NCBI GenBank assembly: GCA_963669175.1
Contig: OY769902.1
Location: 1,344,001 to 1,408,000, forward strand
Reading direction: 5' to 3'
Length of the DNA: 64,000 nucleotides
Source of the DNA: a bacterium
GTDB lineage: Bacteria; Electryoneota; Electryoneia; Electryoneales; Electryoneaceae
Positions 37,616 through 48,780 of this stretch are shown here, in pieces; positions within the stretch are counted from its first letter, which is position 1, and each line of letters starts with the position of its first letter. Under the pieces are notes generated by a model that was not told where the DNA came from, did no database searches, and saw only the letters and a list, made by a program, of their open reading frames with translations. Made by a program: the position numbers and the translations under genes.

Positions 37616-38719
37616 ATGCGTTACGGTAGAATCGCCTACATGAACTGGACCAAACAGACGTATTCGAACTGGCCGGAGGGGGCGGTGGATTTTGGCGCTT
37701 CCGGTGTTCCGATGCCGGTTCAGAGCCTGCATGACCTTGGTATCGATACATCAAAGCTTCCCCTGGGTGGTCCCAATCATTACGGCTACGCGAAGCTCAG
37801 GGAAGGACTTGCCAACCGGTATGGGGTGGAGCCCACGCAGGTAATTCCCACAGAGGGGACCAGCATGGCAAACTTTATCCTGCTGGCCGCTTTGACCACC
37901 CCCGGAGATTCCATACTGGTGGAATCGCCAGTTTATGAGTGCATGTCCGGCCCGGTGGAAAGCCTCGGCTGCAACATATCCTGGCTGGAACGACGTGAAG
38001 AAAACGGCTGGGTCATTGATATTGATCAGATCAAGTCGATGATGAATGAAAAGACCAGGGGAATTTTTATCTCCAACTGTCACAATCCAACCGGACAGTA
38101 TACGCCAGATGAGGTAATCATTGAGATTGCGGATATTCTTGGCGAGGATCGGTTTGTCCTGGTGGATGAGGTCTACCGTGAAGGTCTTCCGGATCAGAAC
38201 GCCCGGACTGTCGCACTAAAACGCGCCAACATCTTTTCCACATCCAGCTTGACAAAAGTTTGGGGGTTCGGGGCGCTGCGTTGTGGCTGGGCAATAGCGC
38301 CTGAAGCGGTGATCAAGAAAATGTACCTGGCATATGACCATATGGGCGTGGTTACACCCTTCCTGTCAAACTGGATTTCCGGAGAACTGGTTTCGGATGC
38401 GACACTGTTAAACGACTATCGTCAGAAAGCTCTGGACCATCTGGCCGAATCACGAAAGCTGGTTGACGATTTTCTCGCAACCGGTGATGCAGAGAGAATT
38501 CATACCATCGCGCCTGCTGCCGGTGGTGTGGGGTTCTGGCGTATTGAAGGAATGGACGGCGATACAATAGCGGACCGTCTCCTGGCTGAAGCGGGTGTCT
38601 TTGTTGTTCCCGGAAAATACTTCCGTGCACCGGAGGGGTTCCGTGTCGGCTGGACTCAGGGACCGGAGGTTACCGAACAGGCGCTGGCGCTAATTGCGGA
38701 ATGGCTACGAAGCCTGTAA
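37616..38719 (+). CDS. PLP-dependent aminotransferase class I/II
   Basis: HNPTG, LVDEVY, SSLTKVWGFGALRCGW (PLP lysine). Confidence 0.9.
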   Translation: MRYGRIAYMNWTKQTYSNWPEGAVDFGASGVPMPVQSLHDLGIDTSKLPLGGPNHYGYAKLREGLANRYGVEPTQVIPTEGTSMANFILLAALTTPGDSILVESPVYECMSGPVESLGCNISWLERREENGWVIDIDQIKSMMNEKTRGIFISNCHNPTGQYTPDEVIIEIADILGEDRFVLVDEVYREGLPDQNARTVALKRANIFSTSSLTKVWGFGALRCGWAIAPEAVIKKMYLAYDHMGVVTPFLSNWISGELVSDATLLNDYRQKALDHLAESRKLVDDFLATGDAERIHTIAPAAGGVGFWRIEGMDGDTIADRLLAEAGVFVVPGKYFRAPEGFRVGWTQGPEVTEQALALIAEWLRSL

Positions 38720-39547
38720 GCCCCTGTTGCCGTTGACGCTGATGTCTTTATCATTCTGATCGTCATCCTTTGCATCCGACGACTTATTTTCTTTCTGATC
38801 GGGACAATCGTGTTCCGGTCTTTTTGTTTCCTGTCGATATGAGAACGGTCCGGTGAACAGCGCCTTGGCGCCTTCGATCTGTTCATTCAGGTCTTCGGCA
38901 ATATCCAGCATGGTTCGGGTACTGCCGGCATAAGTCGAGGTTTTTATCGAGCTGTGTGATGCCATGTCGGTTAAGCTGGCGATCACACGATGGATTTTGT
39001 CTGTCTGTTCGTCAAGAGTATCCAGCAGTTCACGCACTTCGTCAGAATTCTCCGGATCGATCAGTCGAGTTCGTCCTCGGATGACCGATAACGCATTATT
39101 GATGTAATGGGCAATGGTGATCATCAGTTGGGAAAGGGTTTCGGCCCGTGCGCGCGCCTGGGCCTGAATCGCTTCACGCCGTTTATGCAGCCGCAGGTTT
39201 ACTCGTGCAAGAAGTTCACGAGGTTCAAAAGGCTTGATGACATAATCTTCGCCGCCGAGTTCATAGCCGGTTTGTTTATCGGATGCGCTGTCCTTGCTGG
39301 TTACAAAAACGATAGGCGGGGGATTATCCTTGCTGACAGCGTTAATCTCACGAGCTGCCGAGAAACCATCCATGTTGGGCATGACCACATCCATCAGGAT
39401 CAGGTCCGGTTTCAGGAGGATAGCCTTCTGTACACCTTCGAGACCGTCACGCGCCAGGAAGACACGGAACCCTGCATCCTGAAGCATGGACTTTAACGCT
39501 TCACGATAAAGCTTCTGATCGTCAACAACCAGGATACGTTCCTTCAT
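38705..39547 (-). CDS. Response regulator fused to a DHp-like domain
   Basis: ILVVDD, LMDVVMP, KPF, followed by IAHYINNAL and no ATPase domain. SD GAGGTGA before ATG 39547. Confidence 0.85.
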   Translation of the reverse strand: MKERILVVDDQKLYREALKSMLQDAGFRVFLARDGLEGVQKAILLKPDLILMDVVMPNMDGFSAAREINAVSKDNPPPIVFVTSKDSASDKQTGYELGGEDYVIKPFEPRELLARVNLRLHKRREAIQAQARARAETLSQLMITIAHYINNALSVIRGRTRLIDPENSDEVRELLDTLDEQTDKIHRVIASLTDMASHSSIKTSTYAGSTRTMLDIAEDLNEQIEGAKALFTGPFSYRQETKRPEHDCPDQKENKSSDAKDDDQNDKDISVNGNRGLQAS

Positions 39548-39801
39548 ATCATCACCTCGCTTTCCTTCTCTCTGCATTGCTCATTCTCTATTTTTGCGAA
39601 TCCAGACTTGCGTTTTCTTAGAAACAACGTACACAGGGATGCTCGTAAAGAATGTGATGAAGATCAAAAACGGAGAGACTATCTCTTTGGTTTTTAAAAA
39701 GTTTTCGCTGTTTTTCGGAAAATAAGGATTCAAGGAAAACGCGGACGCGCTACTCACGCAGAGCATGATAGATAATCTGACACGTTGCGGCTGAAAAGGA
39801 A

Positions 39802-40563
39802 CTACAACCCGAGTACCTTTCTTTCTTCATCGAGGTTGGATGGCTTGAGTCGTATCAACCAACCTTCTCCGTATGGGTCCAGGAGAGCGCCGGTGGGGTC
39901 GTTCAGGACAAGTTGATTCACCTCTACTACTTCCCCGGAAAGCGGGGACAGAATATTGTGGGAACTCATATCGGATGTGAAGGCCTGGAAAAAGACACCG
40001 CCCTGGCGAAGTTCATCGCCAACTTCCGGAAGGTAAACGGTTTGAATCTTGCCGATCATGCTGATGAAATGGTGTTCGGTACCGATCAAGGCGTTGCCAT
40101 TATCCTCGATCATAATCCATACATGTTCACCGACATTCTTGAACCCTTCTTCGATGCCGTTACCCGAGCCGTTATTGCTGGTTGCGCCGGATCTGCGCAA
40201 GTCGGCCGCCCGCTGAACAACACCACGCAGCTCCGCACGGGTGAATGGCTTGGCGATATAGTCGAAAGCGCCCAGTTGCATGGCCTGCAAAGCTGTATTG
40301 ATAGTGGCGTAACCGGTGACCATGATTACGGGTGAATCCGGGTATTGTTTCTTGACTACCGCCATCAGTTCGAGGCCATCCATCTCGGGCATCATCAGGT
40401 CGGTCAAGACGATATCGATCTGGTTGTGCTGGAGGATGTCCAGCGCAGTTCCGGCAGATAATGCAGTCAGCACCTCGTATGGTTCTTTGCGAAGATGTTT
40501 CCTGATGCTGTCCAGCACGATCTGTTCGTCATCGACTACCAGTACGTTCAGTGTATCGCTCAT
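39802..40563 (-). CDS. Response regulator fused to a glycine-cleavage-H-like domain
   Basis: REC (VLVVDD, TDLMMP, KPF) followed by HVWI...SPLSGEVVEVN...DPYGEGWL. Confidence 0.87.
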   Translation of the reverse strand: MSDTLNVLVVDDEQIVLDSIRKHLRKEPYEVLTALSAGTALDILQHNQIDIVLTDLMMPEMDGLELMAVVKKQYPDSPVIMVTGYATINTALQAMQLGAFDYIAKPFTRAELRGVVQRAADLRRSGATSNNGSGNGIEEGFKNVGEHVWIMIEDNGNALIGTEHHFISMIGKIQTVYLPEVGDELRQGGVFFQAFTSDMSSHNILSPLSGEVVEVNQLVLNDPTGALLDPYGEGWLIRLKPSNLDEERKVLGL

Positions 40564-40565
40564 GG

Positions 40566-42416
40566 TCAGCTCCCGACTGTTTGGGGTGATGTCCGGCTAT
40601 TATCCAGCGCCGGTAACATGATATTGAAAATGGCCCCACCATTGTCCGACATATCCACTTCCACAGTGCCACCGTGGCGTTCAATGATACCCCAGCTCAC
40701 CGCCAATCCTAATCCATTGGTGCCTTTGGTAGAAAAAAACGGGTCAAAGATCTTGTCTACAAGGTTCTCCGGAATACCCGGACCATTGTCTTCCACAGAG
40801 ATTATACACTCGTTTCTTCTACGGCTGTAACGCGTTCGAAGAAGTATTTTTCCTTTGCCATTCATGGCTTCGGCTGCATTTGTCATGAAATTCAGCATTA
40901 CCTGCTGCAACTGCCGTGGATCGCAACGAACCAGAGGGGGAGCGTGCGCAGGATGCTTCTCTATTTGGATGTCCCGGAATTGCGGAAGTTTCTCTACCAG
41001 GGGAATAACCTGGTCAACAACCCGGTTGGGGCTGATTTCCTCAAACCTGGGTTTGTCCTGCCGTGAAAAGTCAAGCAGGTTTCTCACTATATCACGACAT
41101 CTTTTTGTTTCTCTTATAATTACACTCATGTCCTCTTGGAAGTCATCGGGATCGTCCGGGGGATCTTCAAGCAGATCTTCGGCATATGCCAGGATGCCGG
41201 TAAGCGGGTTATTGATTTCATGTGCGACTCCGGCAGCCAGGTTTCCCAGCGCGGCCAATTTAGTGGTCTGGACGAGTTGTTGCTGGAGTTCGTGTTCTTT
41301 TGACAGGTCGCGGGCAATGGAACAGATCCCGCTGATTTCGCCCTTGTAATCTCGCAACGGAAAACGGACCGTGTTGAAATGTTTGTCCATTCCATCAATG
41401 ACATAGGTTTCCGCGAAGGTCATGTGTTCGCCACTCCTGAGAACCTTTCTGTCATCCATTTCGACCACTTGCGCCGTCTCCGGTGGAAGTAACTCACTGG
41501 CAGTTTTTCCCAGGAAATCATCCGGCTTCATATGGAAGGTTTCAGCGGTGATGGGATTAACCAGGATGTACCTGCCCTCGAGATCTTTAATGGAGATCAT
41601 GTCATGAGCGGCGTCGACCAGGCTTTTAAAACGCTGTACAGCGCTTTCGACTTCCCGCTTGAGCAGGATCTGGTCCGTGATTTTATGCCAAGTGGCCAGG
41701 ATGCCGGTGATCTCACCTTCGCGACTTCGAAGAGGCTGGCGAATAATTTCCCAATGTGACTCATGCGGCGGGGGAGTATGACGTACAAGTGTCTGTTCAA
41801 CACCTGTTTGAAAGATTTTCTCCAGGTCACATTCTGTAGCAACCGGATCATCGCAGGACAGCTCGGTCTGAGCCAGAAGATCCACGCATGTTTTTCCTAA
41901 TACAGCATTGTAGGAGGGGGCATTGACGAAACGAATGAAGCTGGCGTTGGCACGAGTTACACGTTTGTCCCGATCCAGCACGATCACAAGATCCTCAAGC
42001 GTATCAAATACATCATAGAGGAATCTTCTTTCCAGCCATAGCTTGCGCTGTAGCTCCTCTTTTTCGCGTAGTTGTTCGGCAAGCTGGTCCTGGGCATTTA
42101 TCAAGTCCCAGAAAAGGTGGGTAAACTCGTGGTCAATCAATCTGACGCCGGGCGGGAGTAATTTATACAGCTCCTCCAGAACAGAATTATCGCCGGTTAA
42201 TTCGATAACAAGCTGTAACCCCTCGATAGCCAGCGCCGTGTGTAAATCCGTAATGGTATCTATATCATGTTCACGCGCGTATACCATTCCGGGCGCATTG
42301 ACATCGATGTCCATTACCGCAACGACATCAATCGTCAACTCACTCAGAAGGGTTCCGGTTGTCAGATCAATCAGGGACCGGCACCCTTTTCCGCCACCGA
42401 TAATGACAGTCTTCAT
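40566..42416 (-). CDS. Cytoplasmic PAS-PAS NtrB-like histidine kinase with N-terminal Rossmann-like domain
   Basis: IIGGGKG...VIELTG N-terminus, two PAS domains, AAGVAHEINNPL, FDPFFSTK, GLGLAV. Confidence 0.9.
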   Translation of the reverse strand: MKTVIIGGGKGCRSLIDLTTGTLLSELTIDVVAVMDIDVNAPGMVYAREHDIDTITDLHTALAIEGLQLVIELTGDNSVLEELYKLLPPGVRLIDHEFTHLFWDLINAQDQLAEQLREKEELQRKLWLERRFLYDVFDTLEDLVIVLDRDKRVTRANASFIRFVNAPSYNAVLGKTCVDLLAQTELSCDDPVATECDLEKIFQTGVEQTLVRHTPPPHESHWEIIRQPLRSREGEITGILATWHKITDQILLKREVESAVQRFKSLVDAAHDMISIKDLEGRYILVNPITAETFHMKPDDFLGKTASELLPPETAQVVEMDDRKVLRSGEHMTFAETYVIDGMDKHFNTVRFPLRDYKGEISGICSIARDLSKEHELQQQLVQTTKLAALGNLAAGVAHEINNPLTGILAYAEDLLEDPPDDPDDFQEDMSVIIRETKRCRDIVRNLLDFSRQDKPRFEEISPNRVVDQVIPLVEKLPQFRDIQIEKHPAHAPPLVRCDPRQLQQVMLNFMTNAAEAMNGKGKILLRTRYSRRRNECIISVEDNGPGIPENLVDKIFDPFFSTKGTNGLGLAVSWGIIERHGGTVEVDMSDNGGAIFNIMLPALDNSRTSPQTVGS

Positions 42417-42605
42417 GGGAAACTCACATGTTGGTATACCCACATCAGACAGTACAGATTATACTATTGTACTGAAAGGAGAGAGGTTATGACAAGGGCG
42501 CTACAAAAGGAAACTGGATTATTCAAGCCAACCCGACAATACAGGCAATGTTGCTTTACGTGAAAATCAGAAGAAATCCATCGCTTGTATAAGTAATAGA
42601 ATACA

Positions 42606-43172
42606 TTAGTGTGAATCATGGATATCTGAAAGTGTATCCTCCGCAGTCAGATGGTTTTTGCGAATCTGGTACAAAATGGCAATTGCATGCACGACATCCT
42701 TTATTTCTCGTGAACGAGTCAGCTTCAGCAAAGCAGCAAGTTCATCATGGGTAGGTTTAATTTTTTTCAAGAGGTTCACATCGAGCACCAAATCAAGATA
42801 AGGGTGTAATTGCTCGATATCACTCATGTCCATATTGATGCAGGATGCCAGAGTTGATAATTCATGATGAACATCTGCTACCTGAACAGCATCAGGCGGT
42901 GCCGCAATTGATTCCACCGGTTTTTTCCACAGCTCAAAAACAGGTAACTTTCCGGTAAGCAAATAGGTAGGATCTACTCGAAGTGCGTTTGATAACGCTA
43001 TCAAACCTTCTGCTGTCGGGTAGCTCTTACCATTTTCATAATTAGCCAACATGTATTCAGACAACCCGCAAGCTTCTGCCAAAGCCTTTCTACCTGAATA
43101 TCCTGCGGCCTTTCGGGATGTTCTGACTCGAAGAGCAAACCCCTCGTATTTATTACCCGTTACGCTTGACAA
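42606..43172 (-). CDS. XRE-family helix-turn-helix regulator
   Basis: RKAAGYS..ALAEACGLS...ANYENGKSYP...LSNALRV...YLLTG. Confidence 0.8.
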   Translation of the reverse strand: MSSVTGNKYEGFALRVRTSRKAAGYSGRKALAEACGLSEYMLANYENGKSYPTAEGLIALSNALRVDPTYLLTGKLPVFELWKKPVESIAAPPDAVQVADVHHELSTLASCINMDMSDIEQLHPYLDLVLDVNLLKKIKPTHDELAALLKLTRSREIKDVVHAIAILYQIRKNHLTAEDTLSDIHDSH

Positions 43173-43963
43173 TCTGTATCTCCTACACTATTTTTCTAGC
43201 CCGGTATGACGTTTGTTTCTTTCAATTACCCATCGAAGGTTCGTTTTTCAGAATGCAAAAAGCGATGCAAAGATAGCCCACGACCTGTCGTTCAATGTTG
43301 CCTTGAGTGTTGTTCATAGACGATGACGATTCCAGCTAAAAATCTTGATACAATCTGATCGCATGAGTGGACCTGGTATATCATGCTAGATCACTGTTTT
43401 TGAGGTTGTATAAAGTACAAATCTACGAGAGTTTTTCTGTGATAAGTTAAGCGCTGAAAAGCTACTTACCCAGCTAATGCCAATATTGTGTTGCAGTATA
43501 AAGAATTGCAATGGTTGCATTGTGTAATCCTGTATTTTTCGAGCCGGAACAGTAATACTGGCAGGTATCTGACAGGAATTCTGCTGTATGATAACCTGCG
43601 TAAAACCTTGGTATGTCACTCATTGTGAGAGTCTACGGTATTACTACTGGTGGTTGTTGTTGTGTAAAGATATGAAAAACTGGTCTTCAGGTTAGTGTTA
43701 GGATGCTACTTAAACAATTATAAAAATATTATTGTGTGATTCGAGTTGAATATGATATGTGGAAATTATACAAAATTCGTTTCTGAAATATCAAAAGCAT
43801 TGATAGATGCAAACCCACCCTTTATAAATATCGTAATTCCATTGCAAAAACTTGAGAGATATTCATCTCACCTTTACCCTTATCAACTACTTAAACAGTA
43901 GGGAAACGCGGCAGATACAGGGAAAAGGGACGCTACTGCACATCAAAGCCAGGGGAACAGAAC

Positions 43964-46204
43964 ATGTTGAAAAACGTGAAAGTAGGCATGAAATTAACCT
44001 TAGGATTTGGTATTCTTATCATAATAGCTATAGTATTAAGTTCTTTTGGTATAATAACGGTTCGAAAAATAGAGCATGTATCTAATATGAAAGGCATTGC
44101 TAACAAAATACTGGTTGCAGAATTGCAGTCAAAGGCAGAAAGAAAGGAATACTTAAATTCAGGCAAAGAGGAAAGAAAACAATTATTTATGGATTATGTT
44201 GCTGAAATGGAAGAGGATATATCAATGATGCGTAATATAACTCAAAGTGATGATGTTGTGCGGATGTTGAATGATATCACTGCAGAAACAAAGAAGTACA
44301 GGAGTATTTTTGAAAAAGTAACGCAAGTATCGGATTTTTCACAAGGTTACTTAAACAAAGATAATGCTGAATTTTTAGAAGCTAATGATGTGTTGATAAA
44401 ATCCGGAAGAAATCTGTTCGCGTTCGTAGACGGATTGGCAGAGTATGAAGATGCTATGATGCAGTCCACCATGCGGCAGGCAATATTCACTTTGCTCGCT
44501 GTATTGGTCGTTGCTGTAATTCTGGGGATTATAATTGCGATTATCATGACTCGCGCTCTAACAGTGCCAATACGGCAGATACAAGAGGCGGCTGAACAGA
44601 TCGCACTTGGCAACCTGGAAGACGTCATTTCAATCCATCAAACGGATGAAATTGGCAGTCTGGCAGATAGTTTTCGTGAAATGCAATCAGGTTTGAAGGA
44701 TAAAGCCAAAGTAGCTGAGAAGATTGCCCTGGGGGATACAGAGGTGGAAATTGTTATCGCTTCTGAAGTTGATGTCCTGGGCAAGGCAATGGTCGGTATG
44801 CGTGAATCTTTATCAAAGAAGGCAGATGTAGCAAATAAAGTTGCAAACGGTGATTTGAATGTGGTTGTCGAAGTTATGTCAAATAAGGACCAGCTTGGCG
44901 CATCTATGGTCACGATGGTTGAAAACCTCAAGAAGAGCCAGGAAGAAGTGAAAACTGCCATGGATCAGGTAGAGGCAGGCTTGAAAGAAGCTCAGGCAGT
45001 AGTGAATGAGGTAAATCGTGTAGCAGAACAATTACGTGTAGGTAATCTGAAACAACGTGCTCACTATGAAACCGATGACAAGGCATTCCAGCAACTGATC
45101 AGTGGATTCAATTCGGCCATTGAAAACATTCTTGAGCCTGTAAACGAATCCGTGAAAGTACTGGCGCTGGTAGCCAAGGGCGATCTCACCAGGAAAATCA
45201 GCGGTGAGTATCAAGGCGATCATAACCTTATGAAAAACGCTTTAAACGAGACTATTGATTCTCTGAACGAGACGCTTGAACAGGTTCAGATGGCCATGGA
45301 TCAGGTAGCTGCTGGTGCCAGCCAGGTTTCAGCGTCAAGCCAGACCTTGTCCCAGGGCGCCGCTGAACAGGCGAGTTCGTTGGAAGAGATCACCTCATCC
45401 ATGACTGAAATGGGTAGTCAAACAAGCCAGAATGCTGAGAATGCCGATTCGGCCGATCGTCTGGTGGCCGATGCTGCAGGGGCCGCTGAGGAGGGGAATA
45501 GCCGCATGGAACAGATGTTGGACGCCATGCGCGAGATCAATGATTCTTCCAAAGAAATCGGCCGCATTATCAAGGTGATCGATGAGATTGCATTCCAAAC
45601 CAACCTGCTCGCGTTGAATGCAGCAGTTGAAGCTGCTCGTGCAGGTGTACATGGCAAGGGATTCGCTGTTGTCGCCGATGAGGTTCGAAATCTTGCTCAA
45701 CGAAGCGCTACCGCTGCCAAAGAAACAACAGAACTGATCGAGGGATCCACGCAAAAGGTGGATGTCGGCTCAAAGATAGCTGAAGATACGGCTACTGCTT
45801 TGCAGAAGATCGTTACCGGTGTCAAAAAGGTAAATGATTTAATCGGTGATATTGCAGCTTCTTCCAACGAACAAACGCAGGGTATCAACCAGATCAATGA
45901 TGCCCTGGGGCAAATTGATGATGTTACCCAGGCCAATACGACCAATGCCGAAGAGAGTGCTTCCGCTTCCGAAGAATTGTCCAGTCAGGCAGATCATGTC
46001 AAGTCATTACTGGAAAAATTCAAACTGGCAAGTAATGGTGGCAATGGAATAAGAAAGCCCACAAAGAAGAAGTCACTTCCCGGCAGCAGGACCATGGAGA
46101 TGCCAGCAAGATCTCCCAAAGATCCTGCCATGCAACGGCTGAAGGATGAGCTATCACCCGAGGCAGTTATCAGGTTGGATGATGATGACTTCGAAGATTT
46201 TTAA
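43964..46204 (+). CDS. Methyl-accepting chemotaxis protein
   Basis: Two TM helices, HAMP domains, [34 protein letters not shown]-terminal DFEDF pentapeptide. Confidence 0.95.
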   Translation: MLKNVKVGMKLTLGFGILIIIAIVLSSFGIITVRKIEHVSNMKGIANKILVAELQSKAERKEYLNSGKEERKQLFMDYVAEMEEDISMMRNITQSDDVVRMLNDITAETKKYRSIFEKVTQVSDFSQGYLNKDNAEFLEANDVLIKSGRNLFAFVDGLAEYEDAMMQSTMRQAIFTLLAVLVVAVILGIIIAIIMTRALTVPIRQIQEAAEQIALGNLEDVISIHQTDEIGSLADSFREMQSGLKDKAKVAEKIALGDTEVEIVIASEVDVLGKAMVGMRESLSKKADVANKVANGDLNVVVEVMSNKDQLGASMVTMVENLKKSQEEVKTAMDQVEAGLKEAQAVVNEVNRVAEQLRVGNLKQRAHYETDDKAFQQLISGFNSAIENILEPVNESVKVLALVAKGDLTRKISGEYQGDHNLMKNALNETIDSLNETLEQVQMAMDQVAAGASQVSASSQTLSQGAAEQASSLEEITSSMTEMGSQTSQNAENADSADRLVADAAGAAEEGNSRMEQMLDAMREINDSSKEIGRIIKVIDEIAFQTNLLALNAAVEAARAGVHGKGFAVVADEVRNLAQRSATAAKETTELIEGSTQKVDVGSKIAEDTATALQKIVTGVKKVNDLIGDIAASSNEQTQGINQINDALGQIDDVTQANTTNAEESASASEELSSQADHVKSLLEKFKLASNGGNGIRKPTKKKSLPGSRTMEMPARSPKDPAMQRLKDELSPEAVIRLDDDDFEDF

Positions 46205-46219
46205 CAGGTAAGTAGTGTA

Positions 46220-46277
46220 AAAACTTCTGTGATCAGGGAACTGATATAAGCTTATCGGTTCCCTGATCTGAAGTTTT
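46220..46277. terminator. Terminator-like hairpin after the MCP gene
   Basis: AAAACTTC..GATCAGGGAAC / GTTCCCTGATC..GAAGTTTT. Confidence 0.6.
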
Positions 46278-46369
46278 AACAAAGGAACCTAACTTGCACA
46301 ACCTGTCAGCGTTTCACGTGGACGCAAAATTGCGACTGTTTTCAAAACATAAATCAATTCGGGGCTAAT

Positions 46370-46873
46370 ATGTCCGGAACAATAAAAAAGAATCTGATAA
46401 ACCAGATCACAAATACAAAAATTGACTGGTTTCTTACTTTTACGCTATGTGAAAAAACATATGCTATCCAAACCATGTTCGTTCAAGAAGTAAAAAAATT
46501 TTCGGAAGTACAGCAAATGAATAACTTACCTCCACATTATATCGGTTACATTAGCGCACAAAATAATAAAGTACCCGTTGTTGATATGAGATTACGTTTT
46601 GGGCTTAATCCCAAACCTCATGAAAATAATGAAGCCGTTATTATCGTTAAAGTTGTTGGCATCCTGGTGGCGTATGTTGTTGATATGATTGATGATATTG
46701 TGACGATACCCACGTATGAAGACGAGATTACAGGGGGTGTCCTAAACGAGGAAATAGCAAGCAGGTTTGTCAAGGGGGCAATTGTTACCGAGAATAATCG
46801 AATTGCTGTTGTCAGCTTGTACAAGTTGATGTATCAGCAGGAAATCATGCAGGTGCTTCAACTTCTGTCGTAG
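46370..46873 (+). CDS. cheW: CheW-like chemotaxis adaptor (divergent)
   Basis: FLTFTL...VQEV...PVVDMRLRFG...VVD pattern, downstream of the MCP. Confidence 0.75.
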   Translation: MSGTIKKNLINQITNTKIDWFLTFTLCEKTYAIQTMFVQEVKKFSEVQQMNNLPPHYIGYISAQNNKVPVVDMRLRFGLNPKPHENNEAVIIVKVVGILVAYVVDMIDDIVTIPTYEDEITGGVLNEEIASRFVKGAIVTENNRIAVVSLYKLMYQQEIMQVLQLLS

Positions 46874-46886
46874 CTAGAATGGAAAG

Positions 46887-47870
46887 CTAACAGGGGAAGT
46901 CATCAGCCAGCATCTTTCGGTACTGATCGGCAAACTGGGTAAAAGAGGTATAATAATCGACAGGCTTTCGAGTAAAATGGCAAAGCATGTCCGAAAGGCT
47001 GTCCGGCAGATAGGGGAAGACCTTGCCCAGGTTCATAATGCGGTATTCATAAAATGCGGAACCGTCTTCCGGTCGTAGCGATTGCTGCACCTTTACTGGG
47101 AAGGCGCCTTGTTTCAGGGTATTTTTGAAGGTCAAAATTCCCTTCGCCACCACATAATTGATAATATTGCCAATGCTCCACATATCAAAGTCGGTGACAT
47201 CCTGTTTCAGGTCGAAATCAATCCAGCGGAATTTCCCGGTTTCGGAATCGATCAGGATATGGTCGTTACGGATATCGCCATGGCAGAGGCCGTGACTGTG
47301 CAGTAATTCTATCGCTTCGATGGAGTCAAGCAATTTCCGGAGAATCTTCGGAAGGTCTTCGAAGAAATATAGTTCATGGGATTTGTCGATCGTCGGGATG
47401 TGTTTGAACAGGCTGCTTCCACGAATGAAATCCAGTACGCGCACATTTCTGCCATCATGATCATAAATGGTGAAGCCCTGCATAAACCGGTGATCGCCAC
47501 GAGTCAGCTCAAGAACATGGCTCTCTTTGGTAGCGCTGCGATAACAACGGATCTTCAGTATCCCGATGTGGACATGAAAATCCTCTTCAAAGAGTGTTTT
47601 CAGGATTTTTGTTTCGCCGGATTCGAGATCAACCGTGTTGATCACCCAGTACTTGGGTTGCTCGTCAATACCGAATCGTGGTTCACGCATATGGCCTTTG
47701 ACCACATAACTACGGCCATCAAGCTCGACCACAGATCCTCGCACCATGCGCAAGGGATCCGATGTCTCGTGGAATACCTGGAACCGGTCGTTTCGCATCC
47801 AACCGGTCAATTCAACGATTCTATCAGCTATAGCGTTGCGATCCACAGCAATCCCGACTTGTTGTTCCAC
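46887..47870 (-). CDS. Ser/Thr protein kinase-like protein
   Basis: HGDIRNDHIL catalytic loop, WIDFD, DMWSIG. Confidence 0.78.
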   Translation of the reverse strand: MEQQVGIAVDRNAIADRIVELTGWMRNDRFQVFHETSDPLRMVRGSVVELDGRSYVVKGHMREPRFGIDEQPKYWVINTVDLESGETKILKTLFEEDFHVHIGILKIRCYRSATKESHVLELTRGDHRFMQGFTIYDHDGRNVRVLDFIRGSSLFKHIPTIDKSHELYFFEDLPKILRKLLDSIEAIELLHSHGLCHGDIRNDHILIDSETGKFRWIDFDLKQDVTDFDMWSIGNIINYVVAKGILTFKNTLKQGAFPVKVQQSLRPEDGSAFYEYRIMNLGKVFPYLPDSLSDMLCHFTRKPVDYYTSFTQFADQYRKMLADDFPC

Positions 47871-48232
47871 TATGGAAAAACTACAATGAATCCATATTGA
47901 AACAAATGGTATCTTGTGCCACAGGGGAGATAAGAGGGCGTGCAGAAAGGGCTCGGTCTGGACGAGAGAGACACAACTTTTAAATTTATGCTATTGCATG
48001 TAATGTAAATTTTTACGTAGAGTACTCCCAGATATCGCGTAAACTCAGGAATGACTGATCTAAGTGTCTGCAAAACTGGCTAACTTGAAGGGTATTGCAG
48101 CAGAGGATGTATCGTGTCTGGTGTGATTATTCCCACAGTTTAAGGAATTATTTATATCGTTACTCTTTAACAGGCTGTCCCACAGTTAGCAACGAACAGG
48201 TGAGATTGCAAACGGGTGAAGTGAGGTGAACG

Positions 48233-48745
48233 ATGAGTGATTCGGTAATGATGGACTCGGGATTGGACGAGATGTCTGAGGCTGAAGACACCCAGGCGAA
48301 CAAGTTTCTTACTTTTGTTATTGGCGAAGAAGAGTTTGCCATTGAAATCAGGTATGTAAAAGAGATCAATGGTATTCAGGAAATCACCGAGCTGCCGGAT
48401 GTGCCTCATTATGTTAAGGGCGTCATCAACCTGCGCGGCAAGGTCATCCCGGTGATTGACGTGCGTTTGCGCTTCAATATGTCGGAAAAAGAGTATGATG
48501 AACGCACCTGTATTATTGTGGTTGATATTCGGGATCTTTCAGTTGGTTTGATTGTTGATGCGGTTTCGGAGGTGCTGGAGATTCCGCCGGAAAGTATTGA
48601 GCCGCCTCCCAAGGTGAACCTTGGTGAAGCCCAGCGCTATTTGCAGGGTATGGGCAAGGTTGGTGATGAAGTCAAGATTCTGCTGAATACGAAAAAGATG
48701 TTAGTGGAAGGCGATCTGGAATTGCTTTCCGAAGTTTCGGACTAA
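48233..48745 (+). CDS. cheW: Chemotaxis protein CheW
   Basis: GVINLRGKVIPVIDVRLRF, GLIVDAVSEV. Confidence 0.93.
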   Translation: MSDSVMMDSGLDEMSEAEDTQANKFLTFVIGEEEFAIEIRYVKEINGIQEITELPDVPHYVKGVINLRGKVIPVIDVRLRFNMSEKEYDERTCIIVVDIRDLSVGLIVDAVSEVLEIPPESIEPPPKVNLGEAQRYLQGMGKVGDEVKILLNTKKMLVEGDLELLSEVSD

Positions 48746-48780
48746 TATCCCCGGCCCTGGCGCTGGGGTTTCCCCCAACG

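Noticed and set aside
46295-46340. c-di-GMP-I riboswitch upstream of cheW
   Set aside because: Only GGACGCAAAA resembles the motif; the GNRA tetraloop stem and GCAAAC element are not recognisable.
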